A stretch of DNA of 64,000 nt from Octopus vulgaris (taxonomy: Eukaryota), in contig OX597820.1 in NCBI GenBank assembly GCA_951406725.2, positions 42,656,001 to 42,720,000 on the forward strand. Reading direction: 5' to 3'. The notes under the pieces are model-generated. The model saw nothing but the letters and a program-made list of their open reading frames with translations, was not told the DNA's origin and searched no databases. The translations under genes and the position numbers were made by a program. This document shows positions 28,170 to 42,370 of this stretch, piece after piece (the first letter of the stretch is position 1; each line of letters begins with the position of its first letter).

Positions 28170-28342
28170 AATTAGCGGCATTTCAACCGCCTTTACTTTC
28201 TGAATTCAAATTCCCCCAAGGTCCGACTTTGCCTTTGTTCCTTTTAGGGGTCGATAAAAATAAAATACCAGTCATGTACTGGGTCGATGTAATCAACTAT
28301 TCCCATCTCCACAAAATATTAGGCCTTGAGCCTATAGTAGGC
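28170..28342 (+). mobile_element. SINE family A, diverged
   Basis: GACTTTGCCTTTGTTCCTTTTAGGGGTCGATAAAAA..TACCAG and tail GGCCTTGAGCCTATAGTAG. Confidence 0.75.
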
Positions 28343-29383
28343 TCGCTCTAGACATAATCATCTTTGAGCCTTCCATTTCATTTTTGTTGGATGTTTTAAA
28401 ATTAGTTGTTCGAACTTATTGTTTAATGTCTTGAAGCTAAATTGTAACTGACTGTAAGGAAATATAAATCTAGAAATCACTTTTCCCCGAGATCATTTCT
28501 TTTGTTTTACTTGCTCGAAAATGGATAAAAGTATTACAATGGTTTATGATATTAAGTTCAAATCAGCGTAGATCAGTAAGAATTCTGCCCTTGTAACATG
28601 AAGTAGCATGCATTGACATGAACAATACCAAGAAATAAATCGAACATAACTGAAAACAAGCTATGGACACAAGCAATTTACAGAACAGTGACAGAATAAT
28701 ATAGAAATGTCTATGAAACAGCCGATCAAGAAGAGAAATTACCTTCATTTACTACTATATTGATGAAAAATGAGCATAAACCGACCAGGATAAAATCCAT
28801 AAATCATATAGAAGATATATATAAATTATTCCGGTTTCTATAGCTGTTGTTTTTGATTTGTTCTTTGGAAACTATAAGAGATGTACGACTTCTTCCTCAG
28901 CAAAAGAATAGTATATCTGAATTAACAGCGGAATCGGGAAAGTAACGTGTTTCTTACAATAAACCTTTCGAAAGTGCCAAAGCTTGCTGTCACTAGAATA
29001 CACCCTCGAACAGTTGGTAATCTGCTAGCAATGTATTTATCAACTGTATCTAAGAGAATGTCGAAAACACGGGTTATTTCTTAATATTTGATATTGTCTC
29101 TAGCTTTGTGATATTAGCTGTAAGAGAATTGATAAGTGAAGCAAATGATTATCATAATGATCAGGTGAAAAGATATTTTACTGCTAATGAGACTGGAAAA
29201 ATATAATGATATAGTTTAGTTTATGTTTAAATGTCACGAATGTAGTATCCCTTCTCTGTAATAGGGGGGGGGATCAACGATAATGCATCCAAGTGGTCGA
29301 AAGACTTACTAGAAATAACAGCCAAATATTTTTTGAAATCCGTCCTTGCCATCTATCATGAAGCCAAAACTATGGATAAGATA

Positions 29384-30634
29384 TACGAAGGTGGGCTGAA
29401 AATTTCATAGGCCAACTATGAAGGAGTGATGCTAAAACTGTGCAATCCTGTAGGCATTAATTTCTTCTTAATAACTGTATTGGTTCTTTCGGAGTAAACT
29501 GATATATGAAGGCTTCAGAAATAATTAGTAGCGACTTCTCTCGAAAATGGAAAAAAATTGTCATTGTGGCATAATCAAGTTCGTGGAGAAAAAGGGTTTA
29601 ACCCTCAAACCACATGCATTCTGACATGCTACATTAGGGGATGAGACTCCAGTTTTGTAAACAGTGCAAAAGCGTGTAGCTCAATTTAGGAGGTGAAGAG
29701 AGAGTCTTCAATATGATCCAACGCCTGGACGTCCAGCAGGTACCACCACAGAAGAAAACATTGATTATGTTCACTACATGATGACAGATGATAGGTGATT
29801 GACTATAAATCAAATAGCCAATGCAAACTAGCATACTCTGAATGAATTGAGAATATTCTGCACAATAATCTTAGCATGACGATGGTTTCTACTCGGTAGA
29901 TTCCACGTCTGTGACACCTGATCAAATGCGCACCCGACTGATCACTCCACGGAAAAGTCTGACATTGTTTACGGTAGATCCAACTGGCTTCTTTGAACGT
30001 TTCCGGAATGAGTCTTGGCTTTATCATTTTGATCCAAAACAAAGAGACAATCCACGCAATGAAAATACCGGTTCTCCTCTGCTCCTAAGATGGCTAATGT
30101 CGTCCATCAGCAGTGAGAAAGGATGGCATCAGTTTCATGGAATACAAAAGGCTTTGTGTTCATTGACTATCTTTAAACGAGCTACACCATTACTGGAGAG
30201 TATTATGTCAATTTGTTGAGGCACTTGCGAAAGGCTATCAAAACGAAACGCCCAAGAGAAGTGGCGAAAGGTTTTTTTCTTTCATCTGAACAATGCTCTC
30301 GCGCACATGTCCTTGTTTTCAATGGCTGCTGTGCCTTAATTGTGGCCTTGAATTGGTTGTTCTCTTGATTTGGCCCCATCTGACTATCTATCATCTGTTC
30401 CCCAGCATGAAAAAAACACTTGGTTCGGAATCAGTGTCGCAGTAATGATGACGTCATATGTGCTGTTGATGGCATTTTTGACCAACAAAATGAAAGTTCC
30501 TTTAGCAATGGAATCCAATTACTGCAACACCGATGAAAGAAGTGTGTGATACGTAATGGGGATCCTGTTGAAAAATAAAGTCATTTCATGGGTGTATCTT
30601 TGTCAGCCTACTACCTCTTCACCCGAATCGCGTA
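29384..30634 (+). mobile_element. near full-length mariner transposon, degraded
   Basis: Left end TA-CGAAGGTGGGCTGAAAATTTCATAGGC with a decayed right TIR. Peptide relics: DPTPGRP, NESWLYHFDP, IDYL, PSDY, HLFPSMKK. About 1.25 kb. Confidence 0.82.
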
Positions 30635-31636
30635 CTATGCCAGAAAAACGATAGCCAAGTCATGACCAATTGTGATCTTCGATCTAAGCTACCAGAGATC
30701 ACTGGTTGATACGACAAAGAGGACAACAATAACAACAAGAACTGTAACATCAAAACAATCAGAAAAACAATCACAGAAATAAGAACTATAAATTTTGACA
30801 GATATTTTCGGTATCAGTAGAGTTTATTTCTAGGAGTTATTTTAAAGTTGCTTTCTCTATTAAGAGTTCCTCTTCACAGTGTAGAATTTTCCGGATATTT
30901 AAAAGATCATGTACGTATTACAGAGAGTAAGATTCCCACACATTTCTTGGAAAAGTATAGGCTATACAATTTATCTCTTGAAGCCCTTCTTGACGTAGCA
31001 TTCTTCGAACTCGGTTGAAATCACGGCAATTTTCACCGAAGTGAAAGATAAACTCTAGATTATAAGGGAGTTCAAATAAGAAGTGGGTGGTGTTATTAAG
31101 AGAAAGAACACATAGAGTATATGTTTAGCACAGATTATTACCATGATCAAGATAGACTACTACTGACTTAAGTGGTGAATTAAGCACGTTGATTAGATTT
31201 TAGTAACGGTATAGGATAAGTATATTTAGAATTGTAGTGTCTGATGAAGTAGCAGTTTATAAAAGAAATTCATGAATATAAACACGGTTTTAAGGTGAAC
31301 AGTGTCAAGTGTCAACCAGTGTATATAAGAAATAAGTAGGACTTAACATATATGAAATCGAGTTTATGCAAATTTTTAAACGCTTTTAAACTCACAAGTA
31401 TTATAGAATGGGACAATGAGTGTGTGTGTGTGAGTATGTGCGTGTCTGTGTATGTGCGTGTGTGTGTTTGTGCGAGTGTGTGTGCATGTGTTAGTATCTC
31501 TGAAAGAGCGTTACTGCTTTTATGAATATAAATTATCTCTGTTGTACAGGTAGACAGAACAAAGAGAGAGGAAAAAGAGAGCCGCCAAATTCATTACAAA
31601 CTTTGTAATTGATTATTTTGCAATTAAGATACGTGT

Positions 31637-31681
<45 letters not shown>

Positions 31682-31900
31682 AATACGTAGTATAAACACA
31701 GAATGTATTTATACATATGAGCGGCTGGTTGTTGCACATGCAAACTCTCCCTTCAGATGCATCTCTGGAATCTATAAGTTTTCGTACTGGCACTCGGCTC
31801 TGGAAGCACACCTGTTTATAGTAGAAAGAGTTCTCAGCAAAAGAAAGTGATTACTTTACTGTTGTTCTTTTATCATTCATTTATCTATTTCTCTCTCGAA

Positions 31901-31948
<48 letters not shown>

Positions 31949-32008
31949 CTCTCTCTATCTATCTATATATCTATCTATCTATCTATCTATGTATCTCTCT
32001 CTCTCTCT

Positions 32009-32050
<42 letters not shown>

Positions 32051-32100
32051 ACATACATACATACATACATATAGATAGACAGATAGATAGAGAGAGAGAG

Positions 32101-32139
<39 letters not shown>

Positions 32140-34236
32140 CACAAACACCCACACACACGCACGAACACACATATATGAATGAATGTATGTATGTAAATAT
32201 GTATGTATGGATGGATGGATGGATGGATGGATGGATGGATGGGTGGATGAATAGTTGTATGCATGTTTTTGTACGTGCCTAAATCAGAAGACGAGCGTCT
32301 TACGATATAACCATGATCAACACCTACGATATTTTATTTAATGTTGGTCAGCTTCTTAAATACTTATAACACCAATCACACGTTTTGATTTCTACATTCA
32401 CACTTCTATTTACCCACCTGTAAATGCATGTGTGTAGTGTGTCTATATTATTTTACGATAAACCTGCATCTCTCTTTTTCTCTCTCTCTCTCTCCCTCTC
32501 TTTGTGACTTTATTTCAAGTGGATAATTTTGTTGTCGTTACCTAAAGGAAGACGACCCTTATCTTCTGTCTTGGCTCATCTGTCACACCTGTATGTATAG
32601 TGCAGTAATGATAACCTGACTATACCCTACAACAACACACTACATACATCTACATACGTCCCAGACTTTCACACACCCATCTGACAGACCACGTATAATA
32701 TCCAATGCCTATATGCATCCATAAAATTTGATGATGCTTCAAACAGCATTTCCACAGGGGCATAAATGCCCAATTTAAGTGCGCACGTACACACGGATAC
32801 ACTGATATACACATGATCTCACCTTAAACCTACAAACATGCTTCCATCGTAACACCTTTACCACAATATAATACTCTAGACAAATACTCAGCGCATCAGT
32901 AATCCTACACATCTACGCACACACTCAAAACTCAATATCGAAAGATCCCGTCTACGTTGTCTTTTCGATCCCAAGGGATATGTTTTTTTTGCTTCCTTTT
33001 TCCCGCAGATATTACTGGAGTTATATATATGACTTTTACCCCTGTACAGAACCGTGTGTGCGCGCGAGCGTATATATGTGAAACTCATATTTGTGCACAA
33101 ATACTTACATTCATGCTTATCTGTGTTCACGTTGAAATCTTTTGAAATACGTATAGAATATCTTTTTATAAAATATTAGAAAACAAAAGTGTAATTTTCT
33201 AATTTTTCTTCACTCGTAAGATATAAAAAGTCAGCAGTGATATAGAGGATATAAGCGAGACAGAGAGACAGACAGATACAGAGGAATAGAGATGGACAAA
33301 GCGATAGAATACCAGTGAAGGAAATTGTGTAAGAGTGGTAGAGAAAAAGTCACATTAAGATCAGAAAAGAAAGAAAACAGTCAGGAAGAGAAAGAAAAAA
33401 AAGGGGCAGAAATATACAAAACAAAAGAATGCGAGAAAGAAGACTTGGGATGAGTAAGATTATGGAAGACAACAACACATATGAGACAGGGAAAGGTCAA
33501 AAGATAAATATACAAAGAAAAATATGTGGGATCAAATCAAGGCATGGAAATATACAAAGAAATATGTAAAGTATTTATTAATCCGCATTTATATCGAACT
33601 GGAAGTGCCTATGAATGTGTGTAAATAGGGCAAAAGATAATCTTGGAAAATAATAGAAAGACAGAAGCGCTAAACGCGAAAAATGAACGTGTCACTGCTC
33701 TTTCACTATGGTTCCTTACAAAAGTTTCAATTCAGAAGATGAATGTGTATGCAAATATAATTTTATGAATATATTTTGCTTTCGCTAGCAGTTCCATTTT
33801 CATCATTGGAAATAATGCTTATTTGAATGTAGAGAAAAGGACAGAATTACAAGCAAAATTACATAGTGTAAGGAAGAGTAAAATTGTTGTCTGTGACTAA
33901 ACACTCAATCCGTTTGCCCTACAACGATGTATGTAGTGATTCTGCTGAAAGTGTAGGAAAATAAAGAAATAAAATGATTATAGGTTAAAAATTGCGTGTG
34001 TGTGTGAGGTTATAGAAAATTATGAAAGAATAAGGCAAAATAAGACACAGAAAATTAATGAAAAATACCTTAGTGCATATTTTATTTATGTGCATGTGTG
34101 TAGCTATGTCCGCGTTTTCCTTGATGGACACCAGTATAAACCTGGTTGTTGAGTTACGTTCCTTTGTGTCCTTAAGAGAAGTGAATCATTCGGTGTTATA
34201 AAATTAACATCAGAAACAAATCAATTTTTGGATCTA

Positions 34237-34558
34237 TGGCACTCCGTCGGTTACAACGACGTGTGTTCCAGTTGATCCGACCAACGGAACAACCTGCTAG
34301 TTAAATTAACGTGCGAGTGACTGAGCACTCCACAGACACGCGTACCATTATTGCATTTCCAAGGGAGATTCAGCGGAACACAGAATATGATAAGGGCGGC
34401 CCTCTGAATTACAGGTACAACTCGTTTTTGCCAGCTGTGTGGATTAGAGCAATATGAAATAAAATGTCCTCATCAAGGACAAAACGCACCGCCAGGATTC
34501 GAACTAACGATCTTACGATCGTGAGGCAGTTGCCCTAAACACTAAGTCATGCGCCTTC
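34237..34558 (-). mobile_element. SINE family B (CORE-like core 2 + tail 1)
   Basis: Minus head GAAGGCGCATGACTTAGTGTTTAGGGCAAC..GTTCGAATCC, then TTTTGTCCTTGATGAGGACATTTTATTTC. The tail is shared with the 4714 copy. Confidence 0.85.
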
Positions 34559-35403
34559 GCTTTTGTGTCTACATGTTTGATTAAAACACTTGAAAGTTTA
34601 CCCCCATCAAGCCCGCTGTTTCATAGCTTTACTCAGGATTATAATATATTCCTATATACACGTGTGCGCGCGCGCGTGTGCACGTATGTAAGTCTGCGCG
34701 TGCAATTTCTTTAATAACCATCGAATAATTCATGTACAGTGTTAACCTTTCGTCTATACTTAATCCGTACAGATTAACCCTCGTTTCATTAATCCTCATC
34801 AAAATTTACTTTAATATGCCCTGCTACAGACAGGCAATTAATTTTTATCAAACTCATATCCTGAATCGAAAGTATCTTTTATTACCGAAAGTTTATTTAC
34901 TCTGGAGTTTACCTTATTAAGCTTATCCAGAGGTATTTACTATCAGTTAAGACAATAATCCTCGGATTGTTTCACTGACTGTTATAATTTGAAGGACCTC
35001 AGACAATTGGCATGATGATAAAATAGATGTGATAATGAATTGGACAATTAGAGTGATAATGAAATATTGGTGAAATGAGTAACAATAAAACTATAAAATT
35101 GTTTTGCTGATAAACAAACTGGTACAATCCAATAATTTGTTATAGGGCACTAAAACAAATTTTTAAGAAATCAGTTTATTTTTTTTCTATTCCTTTTTCT
35201 TTGACCCGTTATTTTTCACCGTTGTTTCTGATTTTTTTTATATAATGTAAATGAGATCCTGCAACTACACTGATTTAAATCTATGTATAAATGCAAGATA
35301 ATTCATGACCGTTCAGAAAAAAATCTTGCATACGTAATTCTGATGAGGCTTATTTAGGACGGATCATTTCAGTGGCACCTGAAGAGTAATCAAATTTGGC
35401 CTA

Positions 35404-36215
35404 TACAAATGCATAATATTATTTCTACTCTAGGCACAAGGACTAGTGTTTATCTGGTGCTTATTTCATCGAACCCTGAAAGGATGAAAGGCAAAGTCGA
35501 CCTCGGCGGAATTTGAACTCAAAACGTAGCGACGGGCGAAATACCCCTAAGCATTCCGACCAGCATGCTAACGTTTCCGCCAGCTCACAAATACATAATA
35601 TTCTTTTCTACTCTAGGCATAAGGGGAGGGAGCCAGTCGATTAGATCGACTCCATTACACAACTGGTACTTAATTTATCGACCCCGAAAGGATAAAAAAC
35701 AAAGTTGACCTCGGCGGAATTTGAACTCAGAACGTAAAGACAGACGAAATACTGCTAAGTATATCGCCCGGCGTGCTAACGTTTCTGCCAGATCTCCGCC
35801 TTTACAAATGCATAATATTCTTTTCCACTCTAGGCACAAGGCCCGAAATTTTGGGGGAGGAGGCTATTCGATTAGATCGACCTCAGTACGCAAATGGTAC
35901 TTAATTTATCGACCCCGAAAGGATGAAAGTTAAAGTCGACCTCGGCAGAAATTGAACTCAGAACGTAAAGAAAGACGAAATCCTCATTTCTTTACTGCCC
36001 ACAAGGGGCTACATACAGAGAGATCAAACAAGGTGAGACAAACGGATTAAGTCGATTATATCGACCCCAGTGCGTAACTGGTACTTATTTAATCGACCCC
36101 GAAAGGATGAAAGGCAGAATTTGAACTCAGAACGTAAAGACGAAATACCGCTAAGCGTTCCGTCCGGCGTGCTAACGTTTCTCCCAGCTCGCTGCCTTTA
36201 CAAATGCATAATATT
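35404..36215 (-). mobile_element. head-to-tail array of family A SINEs separated by a repeated 17-bp spacer
   Basis: Four CGACCCCGAAAGGATGAAAG-type cores. The spacer TACAAATGCATAATATT occurs at 35404, 35587 (variant), 35803 and 36199. Confidence 0.9.
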
Positions 36216-36249
36216 GCAAGATTGATGACATACAGTAATTATTCCATTA

Positions 36250-36290
<41 letters not shown>

Positions 36291-36902
36291 TACATATATA
36301 CGTACATATATACACACACACACATACACACACAAATAATTGGAGAGGGTGGGCCAGCCAGACGTTTGTTAAATCCCTCTATTAAATCCTCTCTTTGTAA
36401 GGCTACTACAATCGCTATTTTAAGTGACTTTCACGTAGAAGTATTAAATATACCTCTGAAAAGTGTTTTTTTCTTTTACATTGAAATCATGCGAAAAAAT
36501 AAATACCGAAAGCAACTACGTATTTGAGCTAACGAACTCCACGAGACGTGAAAAACCTGTATGTTTGCGTGCATATTTAGAATACCAGGTAAACTGTAGG
36601 GGTCGCTATATTGGCAGTACAATCCTGTTGCTCCACACTCAGATTAAGTAACAGCTATACACACAAGCATTCTTGGTTAGGATACACTTCAACCAAATTC
36701 TGCGTTAATGAAGAAGAAATAGCACTGCAATATTGGCAACTTGAGTTCAAGGAGGTTTTTAATATCAAACGACACAAATCAGAATTTGAGAAATCTAAAG
36801 GCACGAACGAGAATTTTTAACGGCCTAATTTCTCCTGCCTTTCAACAACTCATCTCTTCTCATTTTTCTCATTTATTTCTCACACACATTCACCATATCA
36901 TT

Positions 36903-37108
36903 GGTTTCAAATTTTGGTAAAAAGCCGTCAATTCTGAGGTTGGAGTAAAGTCGATTACATCGACCTCATTCCTCAAATGGTACCGGCCGCGAAATGTTGA
37001 AAAGCAAAGTCGACTCCTCTGGATATTTGAATTCAGAACGTAAAATCGGAAGAAATACCACTAAGCACTATGCCCGGTGCTATAAAGTTTTTGCCAGCTC
37101 GCAATCTT
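36903..37108 (-). mobile_element. SINE family A, diverged
   Basis: GCAAAGTCGACTCC..TTTGAATTCAGAACGTAA..TTTTGCCAGCTCGC. Confidence 0.75.
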
Positions 37109-38870
37109 CATTCGCCACTTCATTGCAGCATATTTTACCCCACGTAAAAGCTTAGCACAACCTACCCATTTGAAACAAAATCAGTTCCCAAAATAACTAA
37201 TTTTATCCGGCCCAGTCCGGTGAAATTTCCCACTAGGCCCTCACACTCCATTTTATCATGCCATGGCATTTTCCACTGGTGCTGTTACCACACCACACTA
37301 CTTTCCATAGCTAATATTATCTTAACCAGCAACAATTGTAAATAAAATATTCAGTCAATGCTTTTCGCCACAACTCGCTGACATGGCTTGCCAGTGACAA
37401 CACATTTTTCCACATTAGCATACATACTATAAAGCTTGAATCATGTTCAAAATATTTAATACTGCATACGAGAACACTGATACTGCAACGTACGGAGACA
37501 TCGTGTATTACATCTAGAAAAGCGACATCAGAGTGACTGACATTAATTTCCTAACGAATATGTTCCAGTCCGTAGCCTTCTCTTCACTCTGTCTTTTCTA
37601 TCGTTTCTTTAAAATGGTTATAATTTTCTCGAAATATTATAGAATCATTAAACAACCTGAATAAGATCACAAAATGTTTTTTGACTTTGTTTCTGTTTCT
37701 ATTGATTGATATCACCTTGATATGATTGCTTAATTACTCCTTTGCATTGCTCAAGGATTTTTAAACATATCATTTATGCATATTACTATGCTCAAAACTA
37801 ATTACAACACTCCTTTATGCTTTCAATCTGCTAAGTTCAACACCTGCAGAAAGACATAAGCAAGATTCTAGAGCGACGTGTTCTGGAAGGTAAGGACTAC
37901 AAATTAAGATTAGTATGGGATGTAGTAGCTGATACAAGAAGAGTAGAAAGAACAGAGGAACGAGTAAGTCGAAAGTCCCTGGTATAGGACGTACAGGACC
38001 AGCCAAATCTATACTGGAAGAGCAATAAGAATGACTGAAAGATAGACAGGAGATAATAGCAAACCTGCTGGTTAGGATGCTCGAACATATCGTTAGGGAT
38101 ATAACGCCTGTCCGTCGGTTGGCCCTTCTCTAGATGTTGTCCTTGATGATTACGTATGTTTCAGCAACACTTTCCCTGCTGTGAGAGTATACACAATATC
38201 TAACCACATTTAAGCATTTATAAATTGTCTATGATTTGGGGCGTAATGTGTAAAAGTTCTGTCACTCAAAAGACGAGCCACACTTTGGATTGCTGCCCGA
38301 ACTATATAGAGGAAAAGGTTTAATCAGCAGAGAACTTCAGCATTAGATCGACGCAAGATTTGTAGTGAAATTGATGGCTCTAGCTGAATGGTGTTCATGT
38401 TTGGGTGTGTGTGAAGCGGTTGTGCTTCCCTGATATGAATCGTGCCTACTTTATCTTATCGTTTTTCACGCAGTTAAACGTAGCTACGCCTCGTAGAATT
38501 AGCTAGTTGTATATACACATGGAAACAAAATAGATACGCACTCTAAAGGGTACATTATAATTAGGGTTACCGGGGCATTTTACAATGAACTTCATGTACA
38601 TTTATCACAAATATTCAGAAAAGTTGGTAAAAATTAGGAATTATTGGGGAGTACGACGTTATGTCTGCACCTTATTATCTTCCTTCATAATAGGCAGAAA
38701 GACAGTTTCATTGACATATGCAAATATTAACACACAAACATGTGAACACGCACGCACACATCACACACACACACAAGCACACAAAACACGCATGTATGTA
38801 TTTTCGTATGTGCGTGTGTACAAAAATTTACAGGGAAAGATATTAGAAGACAGAGAGAAAGCGTGAGAGA

Positions 38871-38920
<50 letters not shown>

Positions 38921-38929
38921 ATGTATATG

Positions 38930-39003
<74 letters not shown>

Positions 39004-39045
39004 ACATATATGATATATACAGTATGCATTTCAATAAAAAAAAAT

Positions 39046-39285
39046 TGTTACACAAGAGTAAACATATATTTACAGAAGGCTGAGAATTGATTTGAAAACA
39101 TGAGAAAATAAAATCGATTTTCAAACAATAGAATAAAAGATAAAACGGCAGTTGATCCCTATAAAACTGACGTGGATTTCAAATATCGCTGATTCCATTA
39201 AATTTTCTGTGAGAGTGCTGTGAGCAAGTGTGCATACAGCCACATAAAACACACACACACACACACACTTATATATGAATATATT

Positions 39286-39362
<77 letters not shown>

Positions 39363-39604
39363 AGAAAAAATATATATATATATACATACACACACATATA
39401 CACATACTCACACATGCGCGCTCTCACAAACGCATGCACAAAATTTAATGGAATCAGCGATATTTGAAAATCTACTGTAGTTTTATAGGGATCAATTGCA
39501 GTTGTATCCTTTACTCTATTGTCTGAAAATCAATTTTATTTTCATATGTTTTGAATTCAATTTCTCAGGCTTCCGTAAATATATTTATGCTCACTTTCGT
39601 AATA
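39046..39604. repeat. ~190-bp imperfect inverted repeat around a microsatellite spacer (foldback/MITE-like)
   Basis: 39046-39236 versus the reverse complement of 39413-39604, e.g. TTCAAATATCGCTGATTCCATTAAATTTT / AAAATTTAATGGAATCAGCGATATTTGAA. Confidence 0.88.
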
Positions 39605-39668
39605 CAGGATTTCAATCGGCTACATACTCTATATGAACATACTTACATACCTATATATGTGTGTATAT

Positions 39669-39780
<112 letters not shown>

Positions 39781-40141
39781 AGAGAGAGGGAGAGAGAGAC
39801 ATAAAAGATAAACAGATAGATAGAACGATAGATGTCCCCCAACTCACTCTCACACTGCTTTGCTTTTCTCTCTCTCTCTCTCTCTATCTCTTATACGTGT
39901 ATGGTTATGTATCTGAAGGCGAATATGTTTATGCGTATAATATGGAGGAAGTTATTGGGATTTATATTGCAAAAACATACACACACATTTATATAAAGCC
40001 ACGAATTAAATTCGATATATTTCAAATATAATATTCAAAATGATATAATATTGAAAATTGCACACGTCAATAACATATGTATCAGTCTATATGAAGTCGT
40101 CTCTCTCCTCACCCACTTAATATACATTTGTGTGTGAGTGT

Positions 40142-40189
<48 letters not shown>

Positions 40190-40427
40190 ATACTGAGAGT
40201 GAGGGGGAGAGAGAGTTATTCAGACAGACCGACAGACTGATAGCTAGATAGATAGATAGATAGATAAATATTATTGTACATGTATATGCTGGCAGTATCA
40301 CACACCGTCATGCTTAGAAATTACAAGCCACGGCCTCGTGTAATGAGTAACTAAAAAAAGGTAAGGTAAATAAATACATGTAAGTGTAACTTTGATAATT
40401 TCAGAAATCTATATGAGTGTATATGCG

Positions 40428-40476
<49 letters not shown>

Positions 40477-40595
40477 ATATATATATATATATATATATAC
40501 ATACAACTTTATATAAATAATTTTCATATATATATATATATACATATGTAGGTATATATATATCCGTATGGATAATTGTACATATACATATACAT

Positions 40596-40668
<73 letters not shown>

Positions 40669-41074
40669 TGTATGTATGTATGTATGTATGTATGTATCAG
40701 AAGTATAATAAAATAAGTTGGATATCACATTAAAAAGGAATACTTAAAATTATATTAATTATCCATATATGTATATTCAATATTTTGCAGCAAATCATCG
40801 CTGGAAAAATCATAACCAAATCGCATATAAATATATACGAAAATGCACCAAACAAAATAGAAAGAAACACAACTGCAGCAAGTATAACAATAAAACGATG
40901 GGAAAAGTTCACTTTGCAAACACAAAACACATAGATATAGCCGCACCAATACCCATTTATACATATATATTTACATTTACGTACATATATATATATATAT
41001 ATATGCATATATGTTGATTCTTAGAGAGACTATGTGAACAACAAAGAGAGGAAACGATAAATATATGTATGTGT

Positions 41075-41265
<191 letters not shown>

Positions 41266-41817
41266 TTTAAACATAAATATACGTACAGAGAGTGAGTTTT
41301 TCATTAATATTTTACACAAACCAGTGACATCAATCAACAAATTTACAATCAATGCTGAAATTCGATTCCTTAAAACCTGCTCGTAAACCCGTAAATACTG
41401 GCAAAATATTGGTTTTACAGTGGTGTAGCATCATTGCATATATAATCTTAAACAAGTTTTTCCTTTTCCAACAGCAGTGATGAATTTCAATTATTTCTTG
41501 TCTTTTTTTTTACGTTTATTCTGTGTTCGATTTGCGTTATAAATTTATATATATTTTATCTTATATTTTGTTTCTCTTTATATACTCTCTTAATATTTTT
41601 CGGTTTTTAATTTTTATCTTTATTTCATTATTCTGTCGTTTTGTATTTTCTTTTTCTTTGTTTTATTATTTTTATTTATTATTACTTTTTTAATATATCG
41701 TTTTTGATTCATCTCCTTCCTGAAAATTATTGTTAAATCAATCTGAAAAATATTTCTCTGTTCTCAACTACATTTCGAATTTGAAGTTAGGAAACTTACA
41801 ATATAGCAATAATAATA

Positions 41818-42285
41818 AACCTTTCTACTATAGGTATAAGGCTTCAAATTTCTGGGAAGGGAACTAGTCGATTAAATTGACCCCAGAGTTCCACTGGTAC
41901 TTAATTTATCGACCCCGAGAAGATGGACGGCGGAGTCGACCTCGTCAGAATTTGAACTCAGAACGTGAAGTCAGACGAAATGTCGCTAAGCATTTCGTTT
42001 GGCCTGCTAACGATTCTGCCGGCTCTCCACCTGTATAATGATAATAATAAGGATTTCAAATTTTGCCACAAGGGACACCATTTTGGGAAGGAGATGAGTC
42101 GATTACATCGACCCAAGTGTTTCACTGGTAGTTATGTTATCGACCCCGAAAGAATGAAAGACAAATTCGACCTCGCCGGAATTTGAACTCAGAACGTAGT
42201 GGCAGACGAAATACCGTTAGCGATGGACGAACTACCGCTAACAATTTCGTCCAGAGCGCCAACAATTCTGCCAGCTCGCCGCCTG
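41818..42285 (-). mobile_element. two tandem family A SINEs in (AAT)n context
   Basis: Two ATCGACCCCGA..TCGACCTCG..GAATTTGAACTCAGAACGT units, each followed by CCTGTATAAT(G/A)ATAATAAT. Confidence 0.85.
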
Positions 42286-42310
42286 TATAATAATAATAAT
42301 AATGATGATG

Positions 42311-42370
<60 letters not shown>

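Noticed and set aside
32540-32590. 47-nt minus-strand AG..GT micro-exon
   Set aside because: All three frames contain a stop and the polypyrimidine tract is weak.
35404-36215. Repeat-spacer pattern superficially like a CRISPR array
   Set aside because: The context is eukaryotic, the long units are homologous SINE copies rather than unique spacers, and there are no cas genes.
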